Notes: generated by a model from the sequence alone, not told the origin. A DNA stretch of 64,000 nucleotides from Bacteroidota bacterium (GCA_045267845.1 JASFZK010000057.1:792-64791), one strand, 5' to 3'; positions 17,922 through 27,655 are shown, counted from the stretch's first letter. Translations and numbers: made by a program.

Positions 17922-19014
17922 ATGTTTACAACAGAAGGAAGAAAGAAACTCAAAGAGAGGCTAGAAGCTTTAAGGGGGTATCTTTGACGTTGACCAAAAG
18001 AAAATGGAGATTGAAGAAGAGGAAGAAAAAACTCAATCACCAAACTTTTGGGATAATCCTAAATCAGCAGAAATACATATAAAAAAAACCAAAGAAAAAA
18101 AACGCTGGGTTGTTTCGTACGACAAAGCTCATGAATCCTTTGAAGACCTAATTGTATTGGAAGAGTTTTTTGAAATGGAGGAAGCTACTCGTGAAGAACT
18201 AGACTCCCAGTTTGAAGCAACTGTGAACATAATTGCCGACCTCGAATTTTTACAAATGCTCAGTAATAAAGAGGATGCATTTGATGCGATACTTAAAATA
18301 AACCCTGGAGCTGGTGGAACCGAAAGTCAGGATTGGGCCGAAATGCTAATGCGAATGTATATACGTTATGGCGAACGTAACAATTTTAAAATAAAGGAAC
18401 TTGATTATCAGGCTGGCGATGGAGCAGGAATAAAAACAGTTACATTACAATTTACTGGTGAGTTTGCCTTTGGTTATCTTAAAGGTGAAAATGGAGTACA
18501 TCGATTGGTGCGTCTTTCGCCATTTGATTCAGCAAATCGTAGGCATACGTCATTTGCATCGGTGTATGTTTATCCGGTTGTTGACGATTCAATAGAAATT
18601 ATAGTAAATCCTAGCGACATAAGTTGGGACACATTCCGATCTGGAGGTCCGGGAGGACAAAATGTTAACAAAGTAGAAACAGCTGTGCGATTGCGCCATG
18701 CACCATCAGAACTGGTAATTGAATGCCAAGAAACAAGATCGCAATTAAAAAATCGTGAAAAAGCAATGCAAATGTTAAAGTCGCAGCTTTACGAAATTGA
18801 GCTTCGAAAAAAGCAAGATGCTATAGCTAAAATTGAAGGTAACAAGAAAAAAATAGAATGGGGATCACAAATACGATCGTATGTTATGCACCCTTACAAA
18901 CTTGTTAAAGATGTTCGAACAAATTACGAAACTTCGAATGTACAGAATGTTATGGATGGAGATTTGGATGCATTTATAAAGGCCTATCTGTTAGAATTTA
19001 GTGGCAATAGTTAG
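17922..19014 (+). CDS. prfB: peptide chain release factor 2 (programmed +1 frameshift)
   Basis: Frame 0 ATG 17922 ... AGG GGG TAT CTT TGA (stop 17985-17987). The +1 frame from 17986 (GAC GTT GAC...) runs into the 336-aa ORF with SPF (LVRLSPFDS) and GGQ (GGPGGQNVNK) motifs. Confidence 0.95.
17973..17988 (+). promoter_or_regulatory. prfB +1 ribosomal frameshift site
   Basis: AGGGGGTATCTTTGAC, identical to the classical E. coli prfB slippery site with its SD-like stimulator. Confidence 0.9.
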
Positions 19015-19020
19015 TGGTAT

Positions 19021-19128
19021 ATGAATGCGCTAATAACTTCGTTACGCTCGTATTTAAAACCAGTCATTTACAAAAGTGAACTCCTGATTTTAAATACTTC
19101 ACAAGCCTCGTTCTTGACGCCTTCTTAA
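19021..19128 (+). repeat. 110-nt hairpin element with conserved arms, copy 1
   Basis: ...CTTCGTTACGCTCGTATTTAAAACCAG...CTGATTTTAAATACTTCACAAGCCTCG... matches the reverse complement of 30089-30205 except for the apical ~30 nt. Confidence 0.85.
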
Positions 19129-19240
19129 AACCCAATTCAAAAATGGTAAGTTTTCTTAAAAGCAATAGTTAGTAGCTAACTAATTTTATATTGTGTGTAA
19201 ACTGTGCTAAAGTGGTGTATATTAATTCCCTTTTATTGAT

Positions 19241-19429
19241 TTAGCTGTGCTTGCGAGGCAAGGATTGTAGTGGTAGCTTGTTGAAATAGCTGTTTTATTT
19301 TTGTTGGCAGGCGAATGCTGACGTAAGGAAGCACGCGTACTGCCTATAAAAATACAAGAGATATGAAACAACTACAAGCGGAAAGCCTGGTAACCTGCCG
19401 CAATATTTTAATGAAGGCAGGTTAGCCTC
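19241..19429 (-). repeat. 190-nt three-hairpin palindromic element, copy 1
   Basis: Reverse complement aligns with 27471-27655 along its whole length. Confidence 0.85.
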
Positions 19430-20041
19430 CTAAACAATATAAAATAGAAAAACCATAATTCCGGTGCCGAGTATAAAGCCCAAATATACCTGTAATGGTG
19501 TGTGTGCATTTAGCCTTAAACGGGCTGTGGCTATTATTCCAATTAGTAAAATAATGAGGATAAGTATTGTCATTAAATTATAATGAAAGCTTATTGCGAA
19601 GCCTAAAAAGGTGCCGAATAAACCTCCCCAAGCGGTTGTATGCAGACTTATTTTTGTGATGTAATTTATTATTAATGTTGTGAGTACCAGCATTGTAGCG
19701 CCAACCATAAATAACGACATTAACCCAGTAACCGATGATTGTTTAAGTAAATAATAGGTACCATAAAATGCCGCTGCAATAATTAGCATTGGAAGTACCC
19801 GCTCCTGCCGTGTGCGCATTTCGAGGCTTTGAATTTTACCAAATTTTAGTAGAATAAAAATTAGTATTGAAGGCAAAACAAAGGTGGTGAGAAAAACGAA
19901 AGCAACAATAATATAGCGAAACTCCTCATTAAGGACCAGGATTGAGTGGGTTTGTAAATTTATTAGTAGTAACAGTGCGTAAGTGGGCACCAAAAGTGGA
20001 TGAAAAAGTGCTGATATTATTTTTGCTAATGTAATACTCAT
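19430..20041 (-). CDS. polytopic membrane protein, possibly PAP2-like
   Basis: 203 aa, 6 hydrophobic segments; weak PAP2-like motifs SLHTTAWGG and RLRLNAHTPLQV. Confidence 0.35.
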   Translation of the reverse strand: MSITLAKIISALFHPLLVPTYALLLLINLQTHSILVLNEEFRYIIVAFVFLTTFVLPSILIFILLKFGKIQSLEMRTRQERVLPMLIIAAAFYGTYYLLKQSSVTGLMSLFMVGATMLVLTTLIINYITKISLHTTAWGGLFGTFLGFAISFHYNLMTILILIILLIGIIATARLRLNAHTPLQVYLGFILGTGIMVFLFYIV

Positions 20042-20101
20042 GAACCTAAGGTGAATTGTGGTTAGTGGTTTGCGTGTACAATTTAAAACTCATAGTACAC
20101 A

Positions 20102-21595
20102 CTATAGTTCCTTACGTAATCGTGCAACTGGTATTTTAAGTTGTTCGCGATATTTTGCAATGGTACGTCTCGCTATTGGATAACCTTTTTCTTTTAATTT
20201 AACGGTAAGATACTCGTCAGTAAAAGGTTTATCTTTATTTTCACTATCAATAATTTCGTTCAATATTGTTTTTATTTCACGAGTTGAAACAGTTTCTCCA
20301 TCATCCTTTTGCATCGATTCGCTGAAAAAGCTTTTGATTAGTAAAGTGCCAAACGGAGTTTGAACATACTTACTATTTGCAACGCGTGAAATAGTTGAGA
20401 TATCAAGATCTACTATATCGGCAATATCTTTAAGAATCATTGGCCTTAACTTGGTGTCGTCGCCAGTGAGTAAATATTCATACTGATAATCCATTATGGC
20501 TTTCATTGTTGAATACAATGTATTCTGACGTTGTTGTATTGCATCGATAAACCAACGTGCCGAATCGACCTTTTGCTTGACAAATGAAAATGCTTCACGC
20601 TGTTTTTTATTTCGCTTTTGTTTTCCGATGGTTCCCAGCATACTCGAAAACGAGTTACTTACCCTAAGATCGTGGCTATTCCATGAATTAAGCGATAACT
20701 CAAGCTTATCACCATCATTTGTTATTGTAAAATCGGGAATTATATAATGATTTGATTTTGTGGTTTCGCTTAGTGAGTTGCCAGGTTTCGGATTAAGTTT
20801 AAGTATTTCGCTAATGGCATCTTTAAGTTGTTCCTCATTAATTTCGGCTCTTTTCATTATCTTTTGATAATGCTTTTTAGTGAAATCGTTAAAATACCTG
20901 GTAATTATTTTTATGGCGAGCTGTACCTTATCAGATGGATATTCTAACATATTTCGATTTAGCTGAATTAGCAAACAATCCTTAAGGTCGGTTGCTCCAA
21001 CTCCTGATGGGTCAAATTCCTGAATAATGTTTAATACTCTTACTACCTCATCCTTGTTAACATCAATATTTTGTGTAAAAGCCAAATCATCAACTATGGC
21101 ATCAACCGATCGTTGTAAATACCCTGAGTCGTCGATATTACCAATAATATAACTACCAATATTTGAGTCCAGATCACTAAGATTACGCATGCTTAGCTGA
21201 TTTTGAAGATTTTCGTGAAAACTAATTCCTGAAACAAAGGGGATTTCCCTTCGATCTTCATCAGATGTATAATTATTGGTTTTTAATTTATAAGAAGGAA
21301 CATCATCCTCATTTATATAATCATTAAAGTCGAATTCATCATCTTTGGATTTGAAATCATCCAGCTCTGTATCAGTTGATTCGTTTTGATCTGCTACTTC
21401 ATTTTCATCTGCATATAGATCCTCTTCATTATCATCTTGATCAACATTATCAACTTCCAATGCTGGGTTATCCTCAATTTCTTGTTTGATGCGCTGCTCC
21501 ATGCCAACAGTGGGTATCTGCAATAACTTCATCAGCAATATTTGCTGTGGAGAAAGTTTTTGAAGTAATTTTTGCTGTAATCGTTGGCTCAGCAT
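20102..21595 (-). CDS. rpoN: RNA polymerase sigma-54 factor
   Basis: 497 aa; Gln/Leu-rich region I, acidic region II, RpoN box ARRTIAKYREQL. Confidence 0.95.
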   Translation of the reverse strand: MLSQRLQQKLLQKLSPQQILLMKLLQIPTVGMEQRIKQEIEDNPALEVDNVDQDDNEEDLYADENEVADQNESTDTELDDFKSKDDEFDFNDYINEDDVPSYKLKTNNYTSDEDRREIPFVSGISFHENLQNQLSMRNLSDLDSNIGSYIIGNIDDSGYLQRSVDAIVDDLAFTQNIDVNKDEVVRVLNIIQEFDPSGVGATDLKDCLLIQLNRNMLEYPSDKVQLAIKIITRYFNDFTKKHYQKIMKRAEINEEQLKDAISEILKLNPKPGNSLSETTKSNHYIIPDFTITNDGDKLELSLNSWNSHDLRVSNSFSSMLGTIGKQKRNKKQREAFSFVKQKVDSARWFIDAIQQRQNTLYSTMKAIMDYQYEYLLTGDDTKLRPMILKDIADIVDLDISTISRVANSKYVQTPFGTLLIKSFFSESMQKDDGETVSTREIKTILNEIIDSENKDKPFTDEYLTVKLKEKGYPIARRTIAKYREQLKIPVARLRKEL

Positions 21596-21622
21596 TTGTT
21601 AATGTTTCTATTTGAAAGTACA

Positions 21623-21630
21623 CAAATTTA
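21623..21630 (-). promoter_or_regulatory. TAnnTTTG -7 box (TAAATTTG)
   Basis: 27 nt upstream of the rpoN ATG. Confidence 0.5.
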
Positions 21631-21890
21631 AAAACATTTTCATTATGGCACACTTTTAGTGAATCATTTTTTAATAAAGTTATTGTTACTAATCACAACA
21701 GCTTGGTAAGTTTTTGTTTCTTGCAAAGGTGCTAAGACGCAAAGTGCTGATTATTAATATTTTAAAATAAAAACGCATGCGCCAGTAAGTATTTGATTAA
21801 CTGACTGTTATAATACCTTATCGAACTATTGTAATTAGTAAATTTAATAGATTATGTGTCATCACTTTAATAAAGTATATTTAGCTCTGT

Positions 21891-21987
21891 GTTAACTTTG
21901 TGTAATCCTTGGTGGTCCTTTGTGGTTAATTATTTACCACGAAGACACACAAAGTGCATCACAAAGGCTCACAAAGTTATAGATAAT
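21891..21987 (+). repeat. CACAAAG-word palindromic repeat, copy A
   Basis: About 90% identical by eye to the reverse complement of 30865-30960; arms AACTTTGTG...CCTTTGTGGT / ACCACGAAG...CACAAAGTT. Confidence 0.9.
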
Positions 21988-22056
21988 ACAAGATTTTAGT
22001 AATTTGTGTTAATTACTAAATTGTTTTGAGCATGCTGATTATTAAAAAAATATCAA

Positions 22057-23496
22057 CTAGAATTCTAAATTCATTGGAGTACGAGGAAAAGGAATTACGT
22101 CGCGAATATTACCCATACCTGTGATAAACAACATGAGGCGCTCAAAACCAAGTCCGAAACCTGCATGAGGCACAGTGCCAAACTTACGAGTTTCCAAGTA
22201 CCACCACATCGATTCTTCGGGAATATCCATTTCCTTCATTCGTGTGTATAATTTATCGTAGTCTTCCTCACGCTGCGAGCCACCAATTATTTCACCAATT
22301 TGTGGAAAGAGTATATCCATTGCCCTTACGGTTTTTCCATCTTCATTTTGCTTCATATAAAAAGCCTTAATGGTTTTCGGATAATCGGTAAGAATAACAG
22401 GTTTTTTAAAATGCTTTTCCACAAGATAACGCTCGTGCTCCGATTGTAAATCGGCGCCCCAACCATCAATAACAAACTGAAACTTTTTCTTTTTGTTTGG
22501 TTTTGAGTTGCGTAGAATTTGGATTGCCTCGGTATAAGTTATTCGTACAAACGGCTCATCAAGCACAAACCTTAACTTTTCGAGAAGTTCCATGGAGCGT
22601 TCTTCTGCTTTTTTGCTCTTGTCTTCGTCAGTCAAACGCTTGCTTAAAAATGTAAGATCATCCATGCAGTTTTCAAGTGCATAGGCAATTACATATTTAA
22701 GCATATCTTCGGCCAGATTCATATCATCATCAATATCAGCAAAAGCTATTTCGGGTTCAATCATCCAAAACTCAGCTAAATGACGAGCTGTGTTTGAATT
22801 TTCGGCACGGAAAGTTGGTCCGAATGTATAAACCTTCGAAAGTGCAAGAGCTGCCAACTCAGCTTCGAGCTGACCAGATACTGTTAGGTTTGATGCTTTT
22901 CCAAAAAAGTCTTGCTTAAAATCAACTTCACCATCCTCAGTTTTAGGAATATTATTTAAATCTAAAGTAGTTACCTGAAACATTTCGCCAGCACCTTCGG
23001 CATCTGAGCCAGTTAGTATGGGCGAATGAATGTTATAAAAACCACGATCGTTGAAAAACTTATGAATGGCAAAAATCATATTATGCCTTAAACGAGCAAT
23101 TGCAGCGAAAGTATTTGTACGATATCGCAAATGTGCTTTTTCGCGTAAAAATTCAAGCGAATGTTTTTTTGGCTGAAGCGGATATTCATCAGGGTTTGCT
23201 CCACCTAAAATTTCAACTTCTTTTGCATGAACCTCAACATTTTGACCACTACCTGCCGATTCAACCAATTCACCAACTATTGACAAAGCTGCACCGGTAT
23301 GAATATTCTCGAGGATGGTTGCCGAGCTTTCATCAACATCAACCACCACTTGAATATTATTTAATGTCGATCCATCGTTAAGTGCAATAAATGCAACATT
23401 TTTACTTCCTCGCTTTGTTCGTACCCAACCTTGTACAACAACTTGGCTGCCATAATCTTTTGATTGGAGTAATGATTTAATCTCAGTTCTTTTCAC
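22057..23496 (-). CDS. asnS: asparagine--tRNA ligase
   Basis: 479 aa; class IIb OB fold, [30 protein letters not shown]. Confidence 0.95.
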   Translation of the reverse strand: MKRTEIKSLLQSKDYGSQVVVQGWVRTKRGSKNVAFIALNDGSTLNNIQVVVDVDESSATILENIHTGAALSIVGELVESAGSGQNVEVHAKEVEILGGANPDEYPLQPKKHSLEFLREKAHLRYRTNTFAAIARLRHNMIFAIHKFFNDRGFYNIHSPILTGSDAEGAGEMFQVTTLDLNNIPKTEDGEVDFKQDFFGKASNLTVSGQLEAELAALALSKVYTFGPTFRAENSNTARHLAEFWMIEPEIAFADIDDDMNLAEDMLKYVIAYALENCMDDLTFLSKRLTDEDKSKKAEERSMELLEKLRFVLDEPFVRITYTEAIQILRNSKPNKKKKFQFVIDGWGADLQSEHERYLVEKHFKKPVILTDYPKTIKAFYMKQNEDGKTVRAMDILFPQIGEIIGGSQREEDYDKLYTRMKEMDIPEESMWWYLETRKFGTVPHAGFGLGFERLMLFITGMGNIRDVIPFPRTPMNLEF

Positions 23497-23581
23497 TTGA
23501 TATATTTTTAATCTGCAAAAAAACTAAATTTCAGCCATATAGAACTAAAATAATTGCAATTTATTAATTATTGTTGTTTTT

Positions 23582-23688
23582 AATCCGATAAAAAAAATAT
23601 AATCATATGAATTATTGTTGCCCAACACTTGTTGCAAGTCTGATGAACAGGCATATGCATGATGATTTATGATATTTACAATCGGATT
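23582..23688. repeat. long imperfect palindrome
   Basis: AATCCGAT...ATCGGATT outer arms with an internal GCATATGC core. Confidence 0.55.
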
Positions 23689-23865
23689 CATTTTATGTAA
23701 CTATCTGCAAATCTTTGTGTTACGATTATTGCATAAGGTAGCACAAAGAAAATACTGATTATCGAGAAGGAAAATCAACAATCCATTTTGTTATACCCAC
23801 TAATTTTATGAATAAACTTAACATCCACGAGGTAAACTTTTTCAGCTTCCTATTAATCAATTGTC

Positions 23866-23873
23866 TACTTTTG
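23866..23873 (+). promoter_or_regulatory. TAnnTTTG -7 box (TACTTTTG)
   Basis: 44 nt upstream of the SulP ATG. Confidence 0.45.
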
Positions 23874-23917
23874 CAAACTTTTTTGAAAAGCAACAAAGTT
23901 AGAGTTAGAAACTATAT

Positions 23918-25537
23918 ATGGTTAAAAGAGTAATAAAAGAATTTAAATGGATTGATAAGACACAAGGAAGTGTAAAAGATGATATTCTTTCTGGTCTTAC
24001 CGTTGCATTAGCACTTGTTCCCGAGGCTATTGCATTTGCATTTATCGTTGGTATTTCGCCAATTATTGGGCTATACGGCGCCTTTATGATGGCAACAATA
24101 ACTGCATTAATTGGGGGCAGACCCGGTATGATATCTGGTGCAACCGGAGCCATGGCCGTGGTTATGGTTAATTTAGTAACCGACGCCAATCAATATGCTT
24201 CACAAATTGGTTACACAGGTCCCGAAATTGGTTTGCAATTTCTTTTTGTAACCTTATTGTTTACTGGGCTATTTCAAATACTGGCTGGAACCTTTAAACT
24301 TGGTAAATACGTACGGATGATTCCCCATCCGGTAATGATGGGATTTGTAAATGGTTTGGCCATTGTAATTTTGATTTCCCAACTGAGTATGTTTAAATCG
24401 GATGGTGAATGGCTTACAGGTAGTCGGTTATATTTAATGATTGGTTTAGTTGCACTTACAATGGGGTTAATGGTGCTCATTCCGAAAATTTCCAAAAAAC
24501 TACCAGCCACTTTGATGGCCATTTTAATAGTTTCGGGCATTGTAATTTTTATGGGTATTGATACCGAAACCGTGAGAAGTTTTGTAGCTTCGGGTAGTGC
24601 AGATGGTAGTGGAAGTTTAGCAGCAGGCTTGCCAAGTTTTGCCATTCCAATTATACCCATGACGATGGAAAGTCTAAGAATAATATTACCTTATGCTTTC
24701 ATTCTGGCAGCCATTGGCTTAATTGAATCATTAATGACCTTAAACCTAATTGATGAATTAACTGAGAACCACGGACATGGTAACAGAGAATGTGTTGCAC
24801 AGGGAACAGCAAATATTGTGAATGGCTTTTTTGGCGGAATGGGTGGTTGCGCAATGATTGGGCAAAGTATAATTAATATAAAATCGGGCGGACGAGGCAG
24901 ACTATCAGGAGTTGTTGCTGGTTTGAGTTTGCTTGTATTCATACTCTTCGCATCAAAATACATAGAAATGGTTCCTGTGGCTTCTTTGGTTGGCGTAATG
25001 TTTATGGTTGTAATTGGCACCTTTGCCTGGAGTACATTTAAAATAATCAATAAAATACCAATTACCGATGTAGTTGTAATTGCCGTAGTTACCATTGTGA
25101 CTGTATTAGCCGATTTAGCAATTGCCGTGTTGGCAGGAATAATAATTTCAGCTCTGGTTTTTGCATGGCAAAATGCACTTAGAATTAGAGCTCGCAAAAG
25201 AGTTGACGAGTATGGCATTAAGCATTATGAAATATATGGTCCTCTATTTTTTGGTTCGACCAAATTATTTATGGAAAAATTTGATATAAAAGATGATCCC
25301 AAGGAAATAATTATCGACTTTCAAGAATCACGCATAATGGATCAATCGGCCATTGAGGCAATTAATAAAATAGCTGACAAATATTTGGCATTAGGGAAAA
25401 CCATTCACTTAAGACACTTAAGTAACGATTGCCAAAAACTTATAACTAAAGCAAAAAAGATTTGTGATGTTAACGTACTGGAAGACCCAAACTATTTTAT
25501 TGCCATCGACAACTACAATAAAGAAATAGGTAGTTGA
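23918..25537 (+). CDS. SulP family inorganic anion transporter with STAS domain
   Basis: 539 aa; many TM segments, conserved ALVPEAIAFAFIVG block, C-terminal STAS-like domain. Confidence 0.9.
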   Translation: MVKRVIKEFKWIDKTQGSVKDDILSGLTVALALVPEAIAFAFIVGISPIIGLYGAFMMATITALIGGRPGMISGATGAMAVVMVNLVTDANQYASQIGYTGPEIGLQFLFVTLLFTGLFQILAGTFKLGKYVRMIPHPVMMGFVNGLAIVILISQLSMFKSDGEWLTGSRLYLMIGLVALTMGLMVLIPKISKKLPATLMAILIVSGIVIFMGIDTETVRSFVASGSADGSGSLAAGLPSFAIPIIPMTMESLRIILPYAFILAAIGLIESLMTLNLIDELTENHGHGNRECVAQGTANIVNGFFGGMGGCAMIGQSIINIKSGGRGRLSGVVAGLSLLVFILFASKYIEMVPVASLVGVMFMVVIGTFAWSTFKIINKIPITDVVVIAVVTIVTVLADLAIAVLAGIIISALVFAWQNALRIRARKRVDEYGIKHYEIYGPLFFGSTKLFMEKFDIKDDPKEIIIDFQESRIMDQSAIEAINKIADKYLALGKTIHLRHLSNDCQKLITKAKKICDVNVLEDPNYFIAIDNYNKEIGS

Positions 25538-25579
25538 TAATCTGTAATTTGTTATTGTTTACCAGATTTCAAATTCAAC

Positions 25580-25587
25580 TATATTTG
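25580..25587 (+). promoter_or_regulatory. TAnnTTTG -7 box (TATATTTG)
   Basis: 188 nt upstream of the ettA ATG; implies a long structured leader. Confidence 0.4.
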
Positions 25588-25606
25588 CATTTTTTATTAA
25601 CAAATC

Positions 25607-25749
25607 ATAACTAATTAGCTGGTTATATAATCTAAGTGTTCGTTATCTGCCGTAGGTTTACGCAATATGCATAAAGCCAAACATATAGCTTTGTGATACG
25701 TTGCGGTAAAACTTAGTAAATGCGTATTTAACACCAGCTAAATAATTAT
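25607..25749 (+). repeat. long nested hairpin in the ettA leader
   Basis: ATAACTAATTAGCTGGT/ACCAGCTAAATAATTAT, GTTTACGCAA/TTGCGGTAAAAC, CATAAAGC/GCTTTGTG. Confidence 0.75.
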
Positions 25750-25775
25750 AACAAATCCTCAAAATACCAATAACT

Positions 25776-27449
25776 ATGTCTGACGATAAAAAAATAATAT
25801 TCTCAATGGTTGGTGTGGGCAAAATTGTACCACCCAATAAACAAATCCTTAAAGATATATACCTGTCATTTTACTATGGTGCAAAAATTGGAATTATTGG
25901 GTTAAATGGTTCTGGTAAATCAACACTACTAAATATTATATCCGGTAAGGATAAATCATTCAATGGTGATGTTGTTTTTTCAAAAGGATATTCTGTTGGG
26001 ATGCTTGAGCAGGAGCCCGATCTCGACAACAACAGCACCGTTCGCCAAGTTGTTGAAGAAGGAGTGCAAGAAATAGTTGACTTACTTAAAGAGTACGAAG
26101 ATGTTAATTTAAAATTTGCCGAGCCAATGTCTGACGATGCCATGGACAAGCTAATTAAACGACAAGGTGAGCTAACAGATTTAATTGAACAGCACAATGG
26201 CTGGGAGCTTGATACCAAGCTCGAACGTGCCATGGATGCCCTACGTTGCCCCGAAGAAGATAAATCAATTGCCGTACTTTCGGGAGGTGAGCGCCGCAGG
26301 GTTGCACTTTGCCGTTTGCTACTAAAAGAGCCCGATGTGCTACTACTTGATGAGCCTACTAACCACCTCGATGCCGAATCGGTTGAATGGCTTGAGCAGC
26401 ATCTTAAACAATACAAAGGAACAGTAATTGCAGTTACTCACGACCGTTACTTTTTAGATAATGTAGCTGGTTGGATACTTGAACTGGATAAAGGAAAAGG
26501 AATACCATGGAAAGGTAATTACACAGGATGGCTGGAGCAGAAAACCAAGCGTATGCAGATGGAAGAAAAAACTGCCAGCAAACGTCGCAAAACACTCGAA
26601 CGTGAACTCGAATGGGTACGAATGGCACCAAAAGCACGCCATGCTAAATCAAAAGCACGATTAACCAATTACGAAAAACTATTAACAGAAGATACCAACG
26701 AAAGAGAAGAACGCTTAGAAATATTTATTCCCAACGGACCACGATTAGGTAGCAAAGTAATTGAAGCTAAAAATCTTACCAAAGGATATGATGAGAAACT
26801 TCTATTTGATGAACTAAACTTTAGCCTGCCTCCTGGCGGAATTGTTGGGGTTATTGGCCCAAATGGTGCTGGTAAAACAACTCTATTCCGTATGATTATG
26901 GGACTCGAAAAGGCTGATGACGGCCATTTTGAAGTTGGCGAAACAGTTAAGGTTGGCTATGTTGATCAGGCACATGAGGAAATTGATCCCGAAAAAAACG
27001 TTTGGGAAGTTATTACCGGCGGGCATGATAATATTCAGTTAGGCAATCGTAGCATGAACTCCAGGGCTTATGTGTCGCGGTTTAATTTCAATGGCACCGA
27101 TCAGGGCAAAAAAGCTGGGGTTCTTTCTGGCGGTGAGCGCAACCGCATGCATTTGGCTATGACGCTCAGGCAAGAGGCTAATGTATTGCTGCTCGATGAG
27201 CCTACCAACGATATTGATGTAAATACGCTACGTGCGCTGGAGGAAGGACTTGAAAATTTTGCTGGCTGTGCTGTGGTAATTTCTCACGACCGCTGGTTCC
27301 TCGATCGTATTGCAACTCATATTCTTGCATTTGAGGGCAACTCGCAGGTTCACTTTTTCGAGGGCTCTTACTCTGATTATGAAGAGAATAGAAAAAAGCG
27401 CATGGGTGATACGGGTCCTAAAAGGATTAAATATAGGAAGCTCGGATAA
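25776..27449 (+). CDS. ettA: ABC-F translational throttle protein EttA
   Basis: 557 aa; two ABC cassettes (GLNGSGKST/LSGGERRRVAL; GPNGAGKTT/LSGGERNRMHL) with a basic inter-domain linker, no TM domain. Confidence 0.9.
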   Translation: MSDDKKIIFSMVGVGKIVPPNKQILKDIYLSFYYGAKIGIIGLNGSGKSTLLNIISGKDKSFNGDVVFSKGYSVGMLEQEPDLDNNSTVRQVVEEGVQEIVDLLKEYEDVNLKFAEPMSDDAMDKLIKRQGELTDLIEQHNGWELDTKLERAMDALRCPEEDKSIAVLSGGERRRVALCRLLLKEPDVLLLDEPTNHLDAESVEWLEQHLKQYKGTVIAVTHDRYFLDNVAGWILELDKGKGIPWKGNYTGWLEQKTKRMQMEEKTASKRRKTLERELEWVRMAPKARHAKSKARLTNYEKLLTEDTNEREERLEIFIPNGPRLGSKVIEAKNLTKGYDEKLLFDELNFSLPPGGIVGVIGPNGAGKTTLFRMIMGLEKADDGHFEVGETVKVGYVDQAHEEIDPEKNVWEVITGGHDNIQLGNRSMNSRAYVSRFNFNGTDQGKKAGVLSGGERNRMHLAMTLRQEANVLLLDEPTNDIDVNTLRALEEGLENFAGCAVVISHDRWFLDRIATHILAFEGNSQVHFFEGSYSDYEENRKKRMGDTGPKRIKYRKLG

Positions 27450-27470
27450 GCAAATTTTTATATTTTTTTT

Positions 27471-27655
27471 GTGGGCGGTAATCCTGCCTACATTATATTT
27501 CGGCAGACGGGCTTTCCGCTTTTAGTTATTTTATGTCTGCTGTATTTTTGTAACATGTGCGGGTGCTTCCTCTGTCAGCATCCGCCAAGTAACAAAAAAA
27601 TCATCAGCCATGGCAATAAGCTAACACTGCAATCCCTACCGCAGTGCACGTTTTA
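27471..27655 (+). repeat. 190-nt three-hairpin palindromic element, copy 2
   Basis: Hairpins CCTGCC-N13-GGCAG, GCGGGTGCT-N9-AGCATCCGC, CACTGC-N10-GCAGTG; explains spurious ORFs 27310-27525 and 27471-27656. Confidence 0.85.

Noticed and set aside
19300-19345. SRP (4.5S) RNA-like hairpin: GNRA loop followed by GGAAGCA
   Set aside because: The 5' side lacks the conserved AGGUCAGG symmetric-loop sequence, and the region is part of a repeat that recurs at 27471-27655.
24274-25218. Two minus-strand ORFs (128 and 175 aa) inside the SulP gene
   Set aside because: Mirror-frame artefacts of a hydrophobic membrane-protein gene, with no independent support.
25874-26416. 180-aa minus-strand ORF inside ettA
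   Set aside because: Ser-rich antisense frame of a strongly supported ABC-F gene.
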